Assembly: GCA_043821645.1 (NCBI GenBank)
Contig: JBDRCO010000068.1
Span: 1-64,000 of the forward strand
From: Pseudomonadota bacterium
Lineage (GTDB): Bacteria; Myxococcota; JACRCW01; JAFGSX01
Reading direction: 5' to 3'
Length of the DNA: 64,000 nucleotides
The notes beneath the pieces were generated by a model. It was not told where the DNA came from and searched no databases. It saw only the letters and a program-made list of their open reading frames with translations. Within the stretch, counting starts at the first letter, position 1. Every line of letters starts with the position of its first letter. Below are positions 9,897 through 19,376 of the stretch, one piece after another. The position numbers and the translations under genes are program-made.

Positions 9897-11189
9897 ATGT
9901 CCTCGCCTCGTCTGCCCATCCTCTCTGTTCTGTGGCTGTTCGGGCTGGCGGCCTGCGACCCGGCGCTGTGGGCGCTGCCCGAGCCAGAGCTGGTCTATGA
10001 AGAATGCGAGCCCATGCGAGGGCCCGCGCCGGACTGCGACACCGCCCCCGAGCTGTGTGCGCCGCTGACCGAGCACGCCGTGGTGGTGTCGACGCACACC
10101 GCCGAGGTCCTGGACCTGGTGTTCGTGCCCGAGGGCTTCACCGACGACGAGATCCCGGTCTACCGCGAGCACGTGGCTCAGCTCATCGCGGACCTGCAGG
10201 CGGACCGCGCGGGCATCGTCGGCCGCGCCCCCAACCTGTTCAACCTGCACGTCGTCATCGAGGCGTCGGCGTCGTCGGAGCTGGCCAACGCGGAGCGCTC
10301 GGACACTTTGCTCGGCGGCTGCTACCGGTCGGATTCGCTGGGAGGCACCGAACCCTTCATCACGGTCTCGCCACCACGCCTGGACCTTCTGGCCCGGCAA
10401 ACCAAGGTGGACGTGGACGTGGCCGTGGTGGTCGCCAACACCAGTCGCGGCCGCGCCAATGCCTGGCTTCCGGATACGGGCTACTCGCAAGTGTTTGAGC
10501 CCGGGGTCGCTCCGCAGCGCGAGGCCCACGCGACCCTGCCCGCGGCCATGCTGAATCTCGGCAGCGACGCGGCCGTGCTCGACCACGAGCTGGGTCACGC
10601 CCTCATTGGCCTCGGTGACGAGTACAGCGACGTCGGCGGCTGCTACGGCCACGACGAGCAGCCGATGTTCACCACCGCGGCCGACGACCTGGTCGAGGTG
10701 CCCAACCTGACCCGCGATGCAGAGGGAGCCAAGTGGCATGCTCTGGTGCAGGGCGCGCTGCCGGGCGGTCGGCGCCACGCCAGCTGCGTTTACCACCCGA
10801 CGGACAGCTGCCGCATGCTGGCGTCACACAGCGAGCGCTACTGTCCAGTCTGCGAGCGCGCCATCGAGCAGACCCTGGGCTCCTGGCGTGGCGTCAATGA
10901 CGGTCCTCCCCGGTGCGTGCTCGAGGCCAGCAGCGCGCCCTTGGCCATGACCTTCGGCGACTGGATCGCCCTGAGGACGCTGGACCGTGACCTGCCTGCG
11001 CGCTCCCGGCTTTGGGTGGATGGCGAGCTGGTGCTCGAGACAAGCAGCGAGCACGCGCAGGATTTCTCGGGGAGCGTGACACCGGACACCTCCACCTGGT
11101 CCGACCGCAGCATCCACGTCCGGGGCGAGTGCGTGGATGCCCAGGGCCTGCGCAGCGAGGTGGTGCAGGACTTTCAGGCAATACCCTGA
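9897..11189 (+). CDS. M64 (IgA peptidase) family metallopeptidase, lipoprotein
   Basis: Lipobox GLAAC; DLVFVPEGFT; HELGHALIGLGDEY; YHPTDSCRM...YCPVC. Confidence 0.85.
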   Translation: MSSPRLPILSVLWLFGLAACDPALWALPEPELVYEECEPMRGPAPDCDTAPELCAPLTEHAVVVSTHTAEVLDLVFVPEGFTDDEIPVYREHVAQLIADLQADRAGIVGRAPNLFNLHVVIEASASSELANAERSDTLLGGCYRSDSLGGTEPFITVSPPRLDLLARQTKVDVDVAVVVANTSRGRANAWLPDTGYSQVFEPGVAPQREAHATLPAAMLNLGSDAAVLDHELGHALIGLGDEYSDVGGCYGHDEQPMFTTAADDLVEVPNLTRDAEGAKWHALVQGALPGGRRHASCVYHPTDSCRMLASHSERYCPVCERAIEQTLGSWRGVNDGPPRCVLEASSAPLAMTFGDWIALRTLDRDLPARSRLWVDGELVLETSSEHAQDFSGSVTPDTSTWSDRSIHVRGECVDAQGLRSEVVQDFQAIP

Positions 11190-11293
11190 TCCGGGGTCCG
11201 CGTTGGAGCCGCACCGCTACCAACAGCAGTTCGCATCACGCGCCTGATGTGCTTGTCTGTGCAAGGGAGTTCCCAGACATGAGAGGCCAGACC

Positions 11294-12880
11294 ATGCACC
11301 ATCGCGCCTGCACCCGTCTTGCATCCCTGCCCTGGGGTGTCCTCATGCTGTCGATTGGCACAAGTTCGCTCGGCCTGTTCGGATGCGGTGAAGACCCTGG
11401 GCAGCCCGATGCCGCAAAGCCTGGTGACGCTGCGCGGGCAGACCGCCAACTTGTGCTGGACAGCCAGGTCGCGACGGACGCCCAGGTGGCGGCGGACAGC
11501 CAGGTCGCGACGGACACCCAGGTGGCGGCGGACAGCCAGGTAGCGACGGACGCCCAGGTGGCGACGGACAGCCAGGTCGCGACGGACAGCCAGGTCGCGA
11601 CGGACACCCAGGTGGCGCCAGACAGCCAGGTGGCGACGGATAGCCAGGTGGCGACGGACAGCCAGGTGGCGACGGACAGCCAGGTGGCGACGGATAGCCA
11701 GGTGGCGACGGACAGCCAGGTGGCGACGGACAGCCAGGTGGCGACGGACGCCCAGGTCGCGACAGACGCAGGTGGTCCGCCAGTGCTCGACGAGCTTCTT
11801 GCGGCCCTGCGCGCCAACGTGCCAGCAGCCATGCAAGCCCAGTCCGATGGTGCGGGATGGCCTGCGCCGGTGCAGGGCGGTTGGCTCTTTGTCTCCACCA
11901 AGCCCTCGCTGTGCCGTGTGGCGGGCGATCATGACGCCTGGCAGTCCTCGTCCATGACGGCGGAGAACGGGTTCTGCTGGAGCGTGATCGACGTGCCTGT
12001 GGGTGACCGCTACAAGTTCACCAACCTCAGCGCCTGGGAGGCAGATCCCTGGTCCAGGGCATACGAGTGGGACTCCAATGGCCTGATGAGCCGCGTGCCA
12101 CCCACCGAAGCCCACCTCGAGCGCTTCTTCAACGTCGGAGGGCAGGGCATGGGGCCGCGCACGGTGCGCGTCTGGGTACCCTCCACCGCGGCCACCCACG
12201 TGCTCTACGTGCAGGACGGGCAGAACCTGTTTGACCCCAACGCCATGTGGGGTGGGTGGCACCTCAACGAGAATGTTCCCGCGGGCATGATGCTGGTCGG
12301 CATCGACAACACCTCGGCACGCATGGACGAGTACACCCATGTGTCCGACAACATCGGCAGCGTCGTCGGTGGGCAGGGAGATGCCTACGCCGACTTCCTG
12401 CAGACCACGGTGCGTTCACTCGTCGCCACGCACTACGTCGAGGCACCTGTGGTGGGCGTCATGGGCTCGTCCCTGGGCGGGCTCATCTCCTTCCATGTTG
12501 CGTACCGGCACCCCGGCGAATTCGACTTCGCGGCGAGCCTGTCAGGTACCATGGGGTGGGGATCCATAGGCGACAACGTTCACAACGAGACGATCATCGA
12601 ACGCTATGCCGCGGCCGGGCATGGAAATACAGCCCTCTTCCTGGACTCCGGTGGTAGCGGCTCGGGTTGCCCGGACAGCGACGGTGACGGCATCCATGAC
12701 GACGATCCGAGTGCCTCGGACAACTACTGCGAGAACATCCAGCTCCGCGACGTGCTGTCGGGGCTCGGCTACACCTTCAACGTGGACCTGTGGCACTGGC
12801 ACGAGCCAGACGCCCAGCACAACGAGGCGGCCTGGGCCGCCCGGGTGTGGCGTCCACTGGGATACTTCGCCGGCATGTAA
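11294..12880 (+). CDS. Alpha/beta-hydrolase (putative esterase) lipoprotein with repeat linker
   Basis: Lipobox LFGC; VLYVQDGQNLF; nucleophile GSSLGG; HNEAAW. Confidence 0.85.
   Translation: MHHRACTRLASLPWGVLMLSIGTSSLGLFGCGEDPGQPDAAKPGDAARADRQLVLDSQVATDAQVAADSQVATDTQVAADSQVATDAQVATDSQVATDSQVATDTQVAPDSQVATDSQVATDSQVATDSQVATDSQVATDSQVATDSQVATDAQVATDAGGPPVLDELLAALRANVPAAMQAQSDGAGWPAPVQGGWLFVSTKPSLCRVAGDHDAWQSSSMTAENGFCWSVIDVPVGDRYKFTNLSAWEADPWSRAYEWDSNGLMSRVPPTEAHLERFFNVGGQGMGPRTVRVWVPSTAATHVLYVQDGQNLFDPNAMWGGWHLNENVPAGMMLVGIDNTSARMDEYTHVSDNIGSVVGGQGDAYADFLQTTVRSLVATHYVEAPVVGVMGSSLGGLISFHVAYRHPGEFDFAASLSGTMGWGSIGDNVHNETIIERYAAAGHGNTALFLDSGGSGSGCPDSDGDGIHDDDPSASDNYCENIQLRDVLSGLGYTFNVDLWHWHEPDAQHNEAAWAARVWRPLGYFAGM
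11459..11764 (+). repeat. 18-bp coding tandem repeat x17 (D[SAT]QVA[TAP])
   Basis: GACAGCCAGGTGGCGACG consensus, counted directly. Confidence 0.95.
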
Positions 12881-12932
12881 GCTTCCTCGTGGTCCTGAGA
12901 GGTCCCGTTCGAGGTGCTCGCTGCAGGGGCCG

Positions 12933-12955
12933 GGAGTCGGGAGTTCGCCGACTCC
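12933..12955. terminator. Hairpin between convergent genes, possible terminator
   Basis: GGAGTCGG-gagttcg-CCGACTCC; no U-tract. Confidence 0.35.
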
Positions 12956-12973
12956 TGCGCCCCACGTGTGGCG

Positions 12974-15562
12974 TCAATCGAAGGCAGGCAGGTTGGTGTA
13001 GCTGGTGCGCGGCGCCAGGTTGCTGCCGCCGGGCATGGCGTAGCTGACGAAGTCGTCGTAGCCGTAGCTCATCACCGAGAACAGCGGACCGGGGTCGAGC
13101 ACGTCGAGTTCGCCGGTACCCGGGGCACTGGCCGGGCGAGACCAGATGCGGTGCGAGCCGCTGGACAGGCGCAGGGTCAAGACGAAGTAGCCAGTGGTGC
13201 CGACGGCGCGCTGGGTTTCGACCAGCTCGCTGCTGCCCACGGCTCCGGCGGTCTGCGGCGCGATCGCCACGCCGTCGAGGTAGAGCAGCGTGTTGCCGCC
13301 ATAGATCACGGTCAGCAGCTTGTCGTAGTAGTGCTCGGGCGCCAGCACCGTGTACCAGGCGCGCCATTGCTCGGTGGGAATCAGCACGCTCAGGGCGGGA
13401 TCGCCGCCGTGGGTGCCGTACTCCGTGAGTCCGGTGGCAACCTGGCCCACGAACAGGGCACTGACTCCGATGGGGCGCTGGGCCTGGATGCGGAAGCTGC
13501 TGCGCGACCCCAGCTCGCAGAACTGGCCGTCGTTGAGCACCACACCGCCGTTCACGTCGAACGCGCAGGAGGTGGCGCTGGCAGCCTGTGCACCCCGCAG
13601 ATCCGCGGGCAGCGGGTCCACGGACACCCTGTTGCCGTCGCTGGCGGAGATCAGCCGGTAGTACATGCGTTCCTGGTTGGCGGAGCTGCCCAGGTTGGTA
13701 TTTCGCATGCGAGGCATGACCGCCAGGTAGGTGGTGCCCCAGGTCTCGATGGGCGGCAGCATCTCCTCGAGGTGATCGCAGGCCTCGGATTGCTCGGGCA
13801 CGTAGGCACACTGATGAGCGCCGAACACGCCGATGGGCTTGCTGGCGGCGACCAGCAGCCCGGTCGGATCCGGTCCCGCCGTGTTGAAGGCGGTCTCGAG
13901 CTGCAGCACCTGACCAGCCTGCAGGGTGATGCGCAGCTGATCCGGATACCGTGTATCGGTGCCAAAGGCGGGCAACCCACCTGCGATGGCGAAGTCCGAG
14001 GCAGCCTGACCGGACCGCAACCGGATCGCTACCTGGGTGCTGTTCTCCGCCGCCACCACGGCGATTCCAGCCGGGGACGCCAGGGACTGATTCTGTTCCA
14101 TGCCCAGCAAGCCAGCGGACCAGGTGCGATGTGCGGTGCTCAGGACATAGTAGGACTGACGCCAGGCCGTGGTGGGCAGCAGCAAGGAGGCGTCGTTGGT
14201 GTAGGCGAAGTTGCAGCAGATGGGATTGAAGAGCTGTGCGGCCACCGGCTGCGTGCTGCTCAGGTGAAAGCTCGCGGGTGAAACGCCCGAACCAAGGATG
14301 GCATCCGCCGGGAGCAGGATGGTGGCCACGTCGCCGGGGTCGAGCAGCAGCTGGTCCACGGCCAGGCCATCCAGGACGCTGGTGGCACCGCTGCCCACCT
14401 GGGTCGAGCTGATGTCGATGGCCGGTATGCTCGACGAGAAGTTGCGGTCTAGCAAGTGCAGGGGGCCGCTGGCCACCACCAGGGCGCCGGCGGCATTGCG
14501 CAGGGTGATGCGCGCGCCGGCCTCGCTCACGCTGGTCACCACCACCGCCGCAGGGAAGGCATCGCTGCCCGCGGCCAGGTCGTCGCTCAGGCTGTTGTCG
14601 GTGATGGCGAAGCGAAAGTCGCAGCCGTAGCTCGACGGAGTGCCCGCCACCGCCTGGCAGGCCGACAGGCACTGACCGGTGCTCGGGATGCACATCTGGC
14701 CCGCGACAGAGTCGCAGTTCTGGGTGCTGGATGGGCCCGTGCCCTGGGCGTTGCAGGTGCCGCGGGTGTAGGTGCTGACGCAGTAGGGTTGCGAGGGTGT
14801 GCACAGCAGAGCCGTGTCTGGTGTCGCACCGTCGACGACGCTGCTGTCCGGTGCGCCCGCATCGGCGTGGCCTGTGTCGTGGAGTTGCGAATCGACCTGA
14901 TGGGCGTCGGCGACGACGAGATCGCGGGGACCCAGGTCTCTCGCGCTGCTGTCCGGGCCGGTGTGATCCAGCATCGCCAGGTCGCTGGCTCCCGCGTCGG
15001 CCGCCACGCAGCCGCTGCGGTCCAGGGCCAGGCAGTCCGCCGCGCACCGCAGCTCGCCTGACGCGAAGCCCAGGCGTGTGCAGCTCAGGCCGCCCAGGTC
15101 GGTGCCGTCGCAGATCTCGGCGCTGCCATTGATGTCGTCGTCGCCGCAGTCCGGCGGTGGGCCGCAACCCGAGGTGTCGAAGTCGCCGCAGTTGGGCAGA
15201 CAGCCCAGGGTGCCGGGTCCCCGGCCAAGGTCCTCGCAGATGCGGCCACCGAGCTCCGCGCCGTCGCAGATCTCGACGCGCTCGACCTGGCCATTGCCGC
15301 AGGTCGAGGGTGCGACACAGCCTGCACGGTCGAAGTCCTTGCAGTTGGGTTTGCACCCCAGGGTGCCAGGGCCAAAGCCGAGCTGGCCGCAGGTCATGTT
15401 GTCGAGGTCCGTGCCATCGCAGACTTCACGGCCTTGCTGCCTGTCGTTGCCGCAGACAGAGGTGGGCGTGGTCGGCGGGGGCTCCACCTGGGTTGGCGGG
15501 CAACCCCACAGAACAGGCAGCGTCGCCAGGCAGGCACAGAAGGTTGCAGGTCTCTGGCGCAT
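12974..15562 (-). CDS. IgGFc-binding-domain lipoprotein with Cys-rich CGNG..E.CD repeats
   Basis: AGGAG RBS; lipobox LWGC; three CGxxxxxxxExCDG repeats; YTNDASLLLP, ACDHLEEMLPP, GDPALSVLIP, YGYDDFVSYAMPGG. Confidence 0.85.
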   Translation of the reverse strand: MRQRPATFCACLATLPVLWGCPPTQVEPPPTTPTSVCGNDRQQGREVCDGTDLDNMTCGQLGFGPGTLGCKPNCKDFDRAGCVAPSTCGNGQVERVEICDGAELGGRICEDLGRGPGTLGCLPNCGDFDTSGCGPPPDCGDDDINGSAEICDGTDLGGLSCTRLGFASGELRCAADCLALDRSGCVAADAGASDLAMLDHTGPDSSARDLGPRDLVVADAHQVDSQLHDTGHADAGAPDSSVVDGATPDTALLCTPSQPYCVSTYTRGTCNAQGTGPSSTQNCDSVAGQMCIPSTGQCLSACQAVAGTPSSYGCDFRFAITDNSLSDDLAAGSDAFPAAVVVTSVSEAGARITLRNAAGALVVASGPLHLLDRNFSSSIPAIDISSTQVGSGATSVLDGLAVDQLLLDPGDVATILLPADAILGSGVSPASFHLSSTQPVAAQLFNPICCNFAYTNDASLLLPTTAWRQSYYVLSTAHRTWSAGLLGMEQNQSLASPAGIAVVAAENSTQVAIRLRSGQAASDFAIAGGLPAFGTDTRYPDQLRITLQAGQVLQLETAFNTAGPDPTGLLVAASKPIGVFGAHQCAYVPEQSEACDHLEEMLPPIETWGTTYLAVMPRMRNTNLGSSANQERMYYRLISASDGNRVSVDPLPADLRGAQAASATSCAFDVNGGVVLNDGQFCELGSRSSFRIQAQRPIGVSALFVGQVATGLTEYGTHGGDPALSVLIPTEQWRAWYTVLAPEHYYDKLLTVIYGGNTLLYLDGVAIAPQTAGAVGSSELVETQRAVGTTGYFVLTLRLSSGSHRIWSRPASAPGTGELDVLDPGPLFSVMSYGYDDFVSYAMPGGSNLAPRTSYTNLPAFD

Positions 15563-15833
15563 GGAAGTCTCCTGCCTGAAGTGCTGGTCATCGTTCCCTG
15601 GCGCGCGCATGCAACCGAACCAGGGGTCATCTCGATGTTCCGGGATCCGATCTTTGCATCAAGTCAGAGGGGAAAGATACGACCCCAGCGCGCCACGGCG
15701 CTGTCTGGCGGCAGGCCCAGTGTTCGCCCTCACCGCCAGGGCTCACCGCGACACGTCGAGTCTTCAGCAACTGGATCGTCCCGCTGCACGGGACAGGATC
15801 GCGATGACCAGGGTTCCACGCATCGTGGGGCAG

Positions 15834-18623
15834 CTACTGCATGGAAGCAGGTGGCACCGAGGTCTGTCCCGGAACACTTCTGTGCAGCACCGCGGCGTCG
15901 TGGTCGCTCCACAGCACCTGCCAGGCCGGATCGCGCAGCAGCTCACGGGCGGCGACGTGGAGCTGGCCGCGAGTCAGCAGGGCCAGCCGCACATCGTGCA
16001 GGTCAAGGTAGCGCTGCAGCTGGCCGCCACCGCTGGTGGTGGCCTCGAAGAATTCGTTGGCGAGCTGCGGGCCATAGACGTCGATCCGAGCGTCGATGAC
16101 CGGGCGCAGCACGCCCGGTGCGGCGTATAGCACGTAGGAGCCATCGCGATAGGCGCACAGCAGGTTGCCCCGAAATCCACGATCGAGCAGGGCGCTGACC
16201 GCGGTGCGGGCGGGCGCCGGGTGGACGCCGAGTCCCAGGGGGACCGTGTACAGCTGCTGGTGGTGCACGCCGAGCCCGAGCGTCGCGAGAAGCAGGGTGC
16301 CCACCACGCCGAGCCCGACCCAGGGCCTGGACCCGCGCGGAGCCGATGCAGACGAGTCTTCGCACCACAGCCGTGCGATCGTCGGCAGCCCCAACACAAA
16401 GGCATAGGCTGCAAAACGGTAGGCCGGGATGAGCAGGGAGAGGGCGAAGATCAGGCTGACCAGATCACGCAGAGGCCTCCGCTTCCAGTGCAGGGCCACG
16501 CTGCTGGCCCACAACGCGAGCCAGCCCACGGTGATCAGGTACTCGGCGCGTTGCCTGTGAATGCTCGCGAAGAGTGGCTGCCACTCGACGATCCAGCGCT
16601 TGATGTAGTCGTTGCCCGAGAACATCTGCCAGGAGTGGGTGAGCAGATCGACCCCGTAGGGGTTCACCAGGCTCGCCAGCAGGCACAGGGGCACCAGCGC
16701 AAGGGGCACCACGAAGCCGGGGGTGGTCTGCCCCTCGTGGCGGGCCTGGCCCGTCAGCCAGGCGCTCGCGCTCGTCGCCAGTAGGAAGGCGGGGAGCAGC
16801 AGGAAACTGCCGTGCAGGTTGGCCCACAGGGTCGACAGCGGAAGCAGCGCCAGCAACGGTGTCCAGGCTCCCGTCCTCCACCAGCGCTCGATGATCAGGC
16901 CCATGGTGGCGGCCCCGAGCACGCCGAACAGGTAGGGACGCAACTCCAGATGTGCGGTCAGCCCCTCGACGGTGAGCAAGGCGATCCAGAAGCCCAACCT
17001 GTGCGCTCGCAGGTGCACCCCCGACGTGGCCCACAGGACCGCGAGGATGAGCGCGACCAGGGCAGCCCGCACCACCGGCAGCAGGAGCTGGTCCGAAGCC
17101 TGTCCCACCCAGGCCAGCAGGACCTCGGCGAGCCAGGAGTGGGCGACAAACGATCGTCCTGCGGCCGTCGCGGAGTAGACGTCGACGCCCGGGATCTGAC
17201 CACTCGACAGGATGTCGAAGCCCACCCGCAGGTGAAACCAGATGTCGTCGTCGAGCACCGGGTAGAGGCTGCTGATGATCGCGTAGCAGCCCAGGCACAA
17301 CCAGGCGAGGAGTTCAGCGTGGGCTAACACGGAGCTGAACCGGGGCCTGGCGCGCCACCTGTCCAGCAGGCCATCGAGGAGACCTGAGCCGAGCAAGAGT
17401 GCCACCAGCACGCACAGGCTTCGGGCGGTGAGCAGCGCCAGGGCTTCAGCATCACGCCGCTGCACGACGTCGTAGTAAGTCGGGAAGATCAGCCAGGTCA
17501 GGCCGGTGGCAGCCAGCAAGGCCCAGATCACGGCGCGATCGCGCACTCGATTCGAGGTGACAGCCAGCACAATGGCGAGAGGGAGAGGCCACAGCAGGAA
17601 CTGGGCGCTGAGCACCTTGCTCCCCAGCACCAGCGCCGTCAGCATCATCACAATGCCGCGCAGCAGGTGGCTGTCATTGTCCTCGCTGGTCTTCTGCCGC
17701 AGCTGCAGCAGGGCCAGTCCGGCCAGGATGCCGGAGAGCAGGAGCAGGAGCAGGGGTGTGGCGATGGCTGACAGTCCATCGGCGATGCCGCCCGCCAGGT
17801 GAAACGCACCGTGGTCCCAGGCGGTGGACAGTGCGCCGAGGCCCAGCTTTTCAGCCAGCATGGCGACCCCGGCCCAGCTGCTCTCGAGGTCCAGGCCGCG
17901 CTCGAGCTGGTAGCGGGCGAAGCCCAGCAAATCTTTGATGCCGACCAGGAACACGACGGGTAGCCACAGCACCGCGCTGGCCGCAGCGAAGCGCAGCGCG
18001 GACAGCATCATGGTGCGCGCGGCGCGTCGCCGGCCTGTGGATGCGTGCAGCCAGAGCAGCGGAAGAAGCAGCGCGGGCACGACGTTGACCCAGACGGCAA
18101 GGGCGAGCAGCACATCGGCGCGGGCGTGACGCCGCTTCAGCCAGGCGTCGACGGCTGCGACCACCAGCGCCACCATCAGAAGGTCAAACCGATGCCAGGC
18201 GACACTGCCGAGCATCACGGGTGCCACGACCCACCACGCCAGTGCCACGTACTCGCCGTGCGACGACGGGGTCGGGGAGATCCGGCGGGTCAGGGACATC
18301 AGGGAGAGCGCGATCCAGAGGTCGATCAGCACCATCTGCAGCGCGAACAGCGCGCTGTAACTGTTCTCACCGAGCCCGAACAACCCGGGCAGCAGCATGG
18401 GGAGGAGGGCACCGGGGGGGTACTCGAACACGAGATCGCGATAGGGCAGGTGGCCCGCCAGCACGTGCCCTGCGACGACAAAGAAGGGCTGGCCACCGGG
18501 CTCCGCTGCGGGAAGCAGCATCAGCAGCCTGGTCAACGCGAATCCGAGCCACAAGATCAGGGCAGCTCGAGATGGGGTACCTTTCGCGGCGTGGACTGGG
18601 ATGGTGGTGGCTTCCACGCTCAC
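15834..18623 (-). CDS. Polytopic membrane protein, apparent fusion of two GT-C type glycosyltransferase domains (GT87-like N-half)
   Basis: N-half PYRDLVFEYPP, RFDL, SKVLSAQFLLW; C-half DDDIWFHLRVG, HSWL, LWANLHGSF, NPYG, IVEWQP, IDARIDVYG; many TM segments. Confidence 0.75.
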   Translation of the reverse strand: MSVEATTIPVHAAKGTPSRAALILWLGFALTRLLMLLPAAEPGGQPFFVVAGHVLAGHLPYRDLVFEYPPGALLPMLLPGLFGLGENSYSALFALQMVLIDLWIALSLMSLTRRISPTPSSHGEYVALAWWVVAPVMLGSVAWHRFDLLMVALVVAAVDAWLKRRHARADVLLALAVWVNVVPALLLPLLWLHASTGRRRAARTMMLSALRFAAASAVLWLPVVFLVGIKDLLGFARYQLERGLDLESSWAGVAMLAEKLGLGALSTAWDHGAFHLAGGIADGLSAIATPLLLLLLSGILAGLALLQLRQKTSEDNDSHLLRGIVMMLTALVLGSKVLSAQFLLWPLPLAIVLAVTSNRVRDRAVIWALLAATGLTWLIFPTYYDVVQRRDAEALALLTARSLCVLVALLLGSGLLDGLLDRWRARPRFSSVLAHAELLAWLCLGCYAIISSLYPVLDDDIWFHLRVGFDILSSGQIPGVDVYSATAAGRSFVAHSWLAEVLLAWVGQASDQLLLPVVRAALVALILAVLWATSGVHLRAHRLGFWIALLTVEGLTAHLELRPYLFGVLGAATMGLIIERWWRTGAWTPLLALLPLSTLWANLHGSFLLLPAFLLATSASAWLTGQARHEGQTTPGFVVPLALVPLCLLASLVNPYGVDLLTHSWQMFSGNDYIKRWIVEWQPLFASIHRQRAEYLITVGWLALWASSVALHWKRRPLRDLVSLIFALSLLIPAYRFAAYAFVLGLPTIARLWCEDSSASAPRGSRPWVGLGVVGTLLLATLGLGVHHQQLYTVPLGLGVHPAPARTAVSALLDRGFRGNLLCAYRDGSYVLYAAPGVLRPVIDARIDVYGPQLANEFFEATTSGGGQLQRYLDLHDVRLALLTRGQLHVAARELLRDPAWQVLWSDHDAAVLHRSVPGQTSVPPASMQ

Positions 18624-18892
18624 AGGTGTTCACCGCTTCCTTCGTGCCTGGCTCTTGGGGGGGGGGCTCGGCCACATCGGTGGGGTCCTCTATGCCAGAA
18701 CGAGAGACCATCGCCAAATGCTGGCGCGGCGAGGCGCACAGAACATCTACCGAGGACCCTCACGACGTCGACAGGAATGGAGGATCGCCACCCTGCCAGG
18801 CCACTGTCCAATCGCCTTCTGGCCAGGACGCGCGGCAGGGGCGGGGGGAGCCCGGCATTTCGTCTCCGCGCAGGCTGCGCTAAGCTCGCCAC

Positions 18893-19369
18893 ATGCGTCG
18901 CGTCCTCACACGGAGCTGGATCGTGTGGCTTGCCCTGGACCTGCTGGCCTGTCGCAGCACCGCGCCGTCGACGTCCCCGGGAACCAGCACCGACGTGGCC
19001 ACCGCGCCCTCGTCACAGGAGTCGCCCATGCCCGGACCCAAGCTCGATCTGCAGGGCCCCGCAGCCGTTCCCGCCCAGGCAGACAGCGCATACTTTTCGT
19101 TCTCGCAGATGCGCGTTGTCGTGGGAGCCACACCGCCGGCCGGCATGTATGTCGCCGGCACAGTGGAACAGGGGACCTTCGTTCCCACAGGCAAGGTCGA
19201 GGGAGAGCACCCGACGGTGATGGGCCAGGGCCAGCCGGGCTGGGTCGAGCTCGGCGACGGCAGCTTTCACGGCGCCATGGAGGGCAGGCCTCCGTTCAAG
19301 CCCTACCTCGAGGGCACGCTGTACAATGAGGTGGGTTTCGTGCCGACGGACCCGAACATCCGGCGCTGA
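18893..19369 (+). CDS. Hypothetical lipoprotein
   Basis: LLAC lipobox, Pro/Ser/Thr linker, GC-rich codon pattern. Confidence 0.65.
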   Translation: MRRVLTRSWIVWLALDLLACRSTAPSTSPGTSTDVATAPSSQESPMPGPKLDLQGPAAVPAQADSAYFSFSQMRVVVGATPPAGMYVAGTVEQGTFVPTGKVEGEHPTVMGQGQPGWVELGDGSFHGAMEGRPPFKPYLEGTLYNEVGFVPTDPNIRR

Positions 19370-19376
19370 AGGTACG

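Noticed and set aside
11459-11764. Tandem repeat as a possible CRISPR array
   Set aside because: No unique spacers, in-frame 18-bp coding units, and no cas genes in the window.
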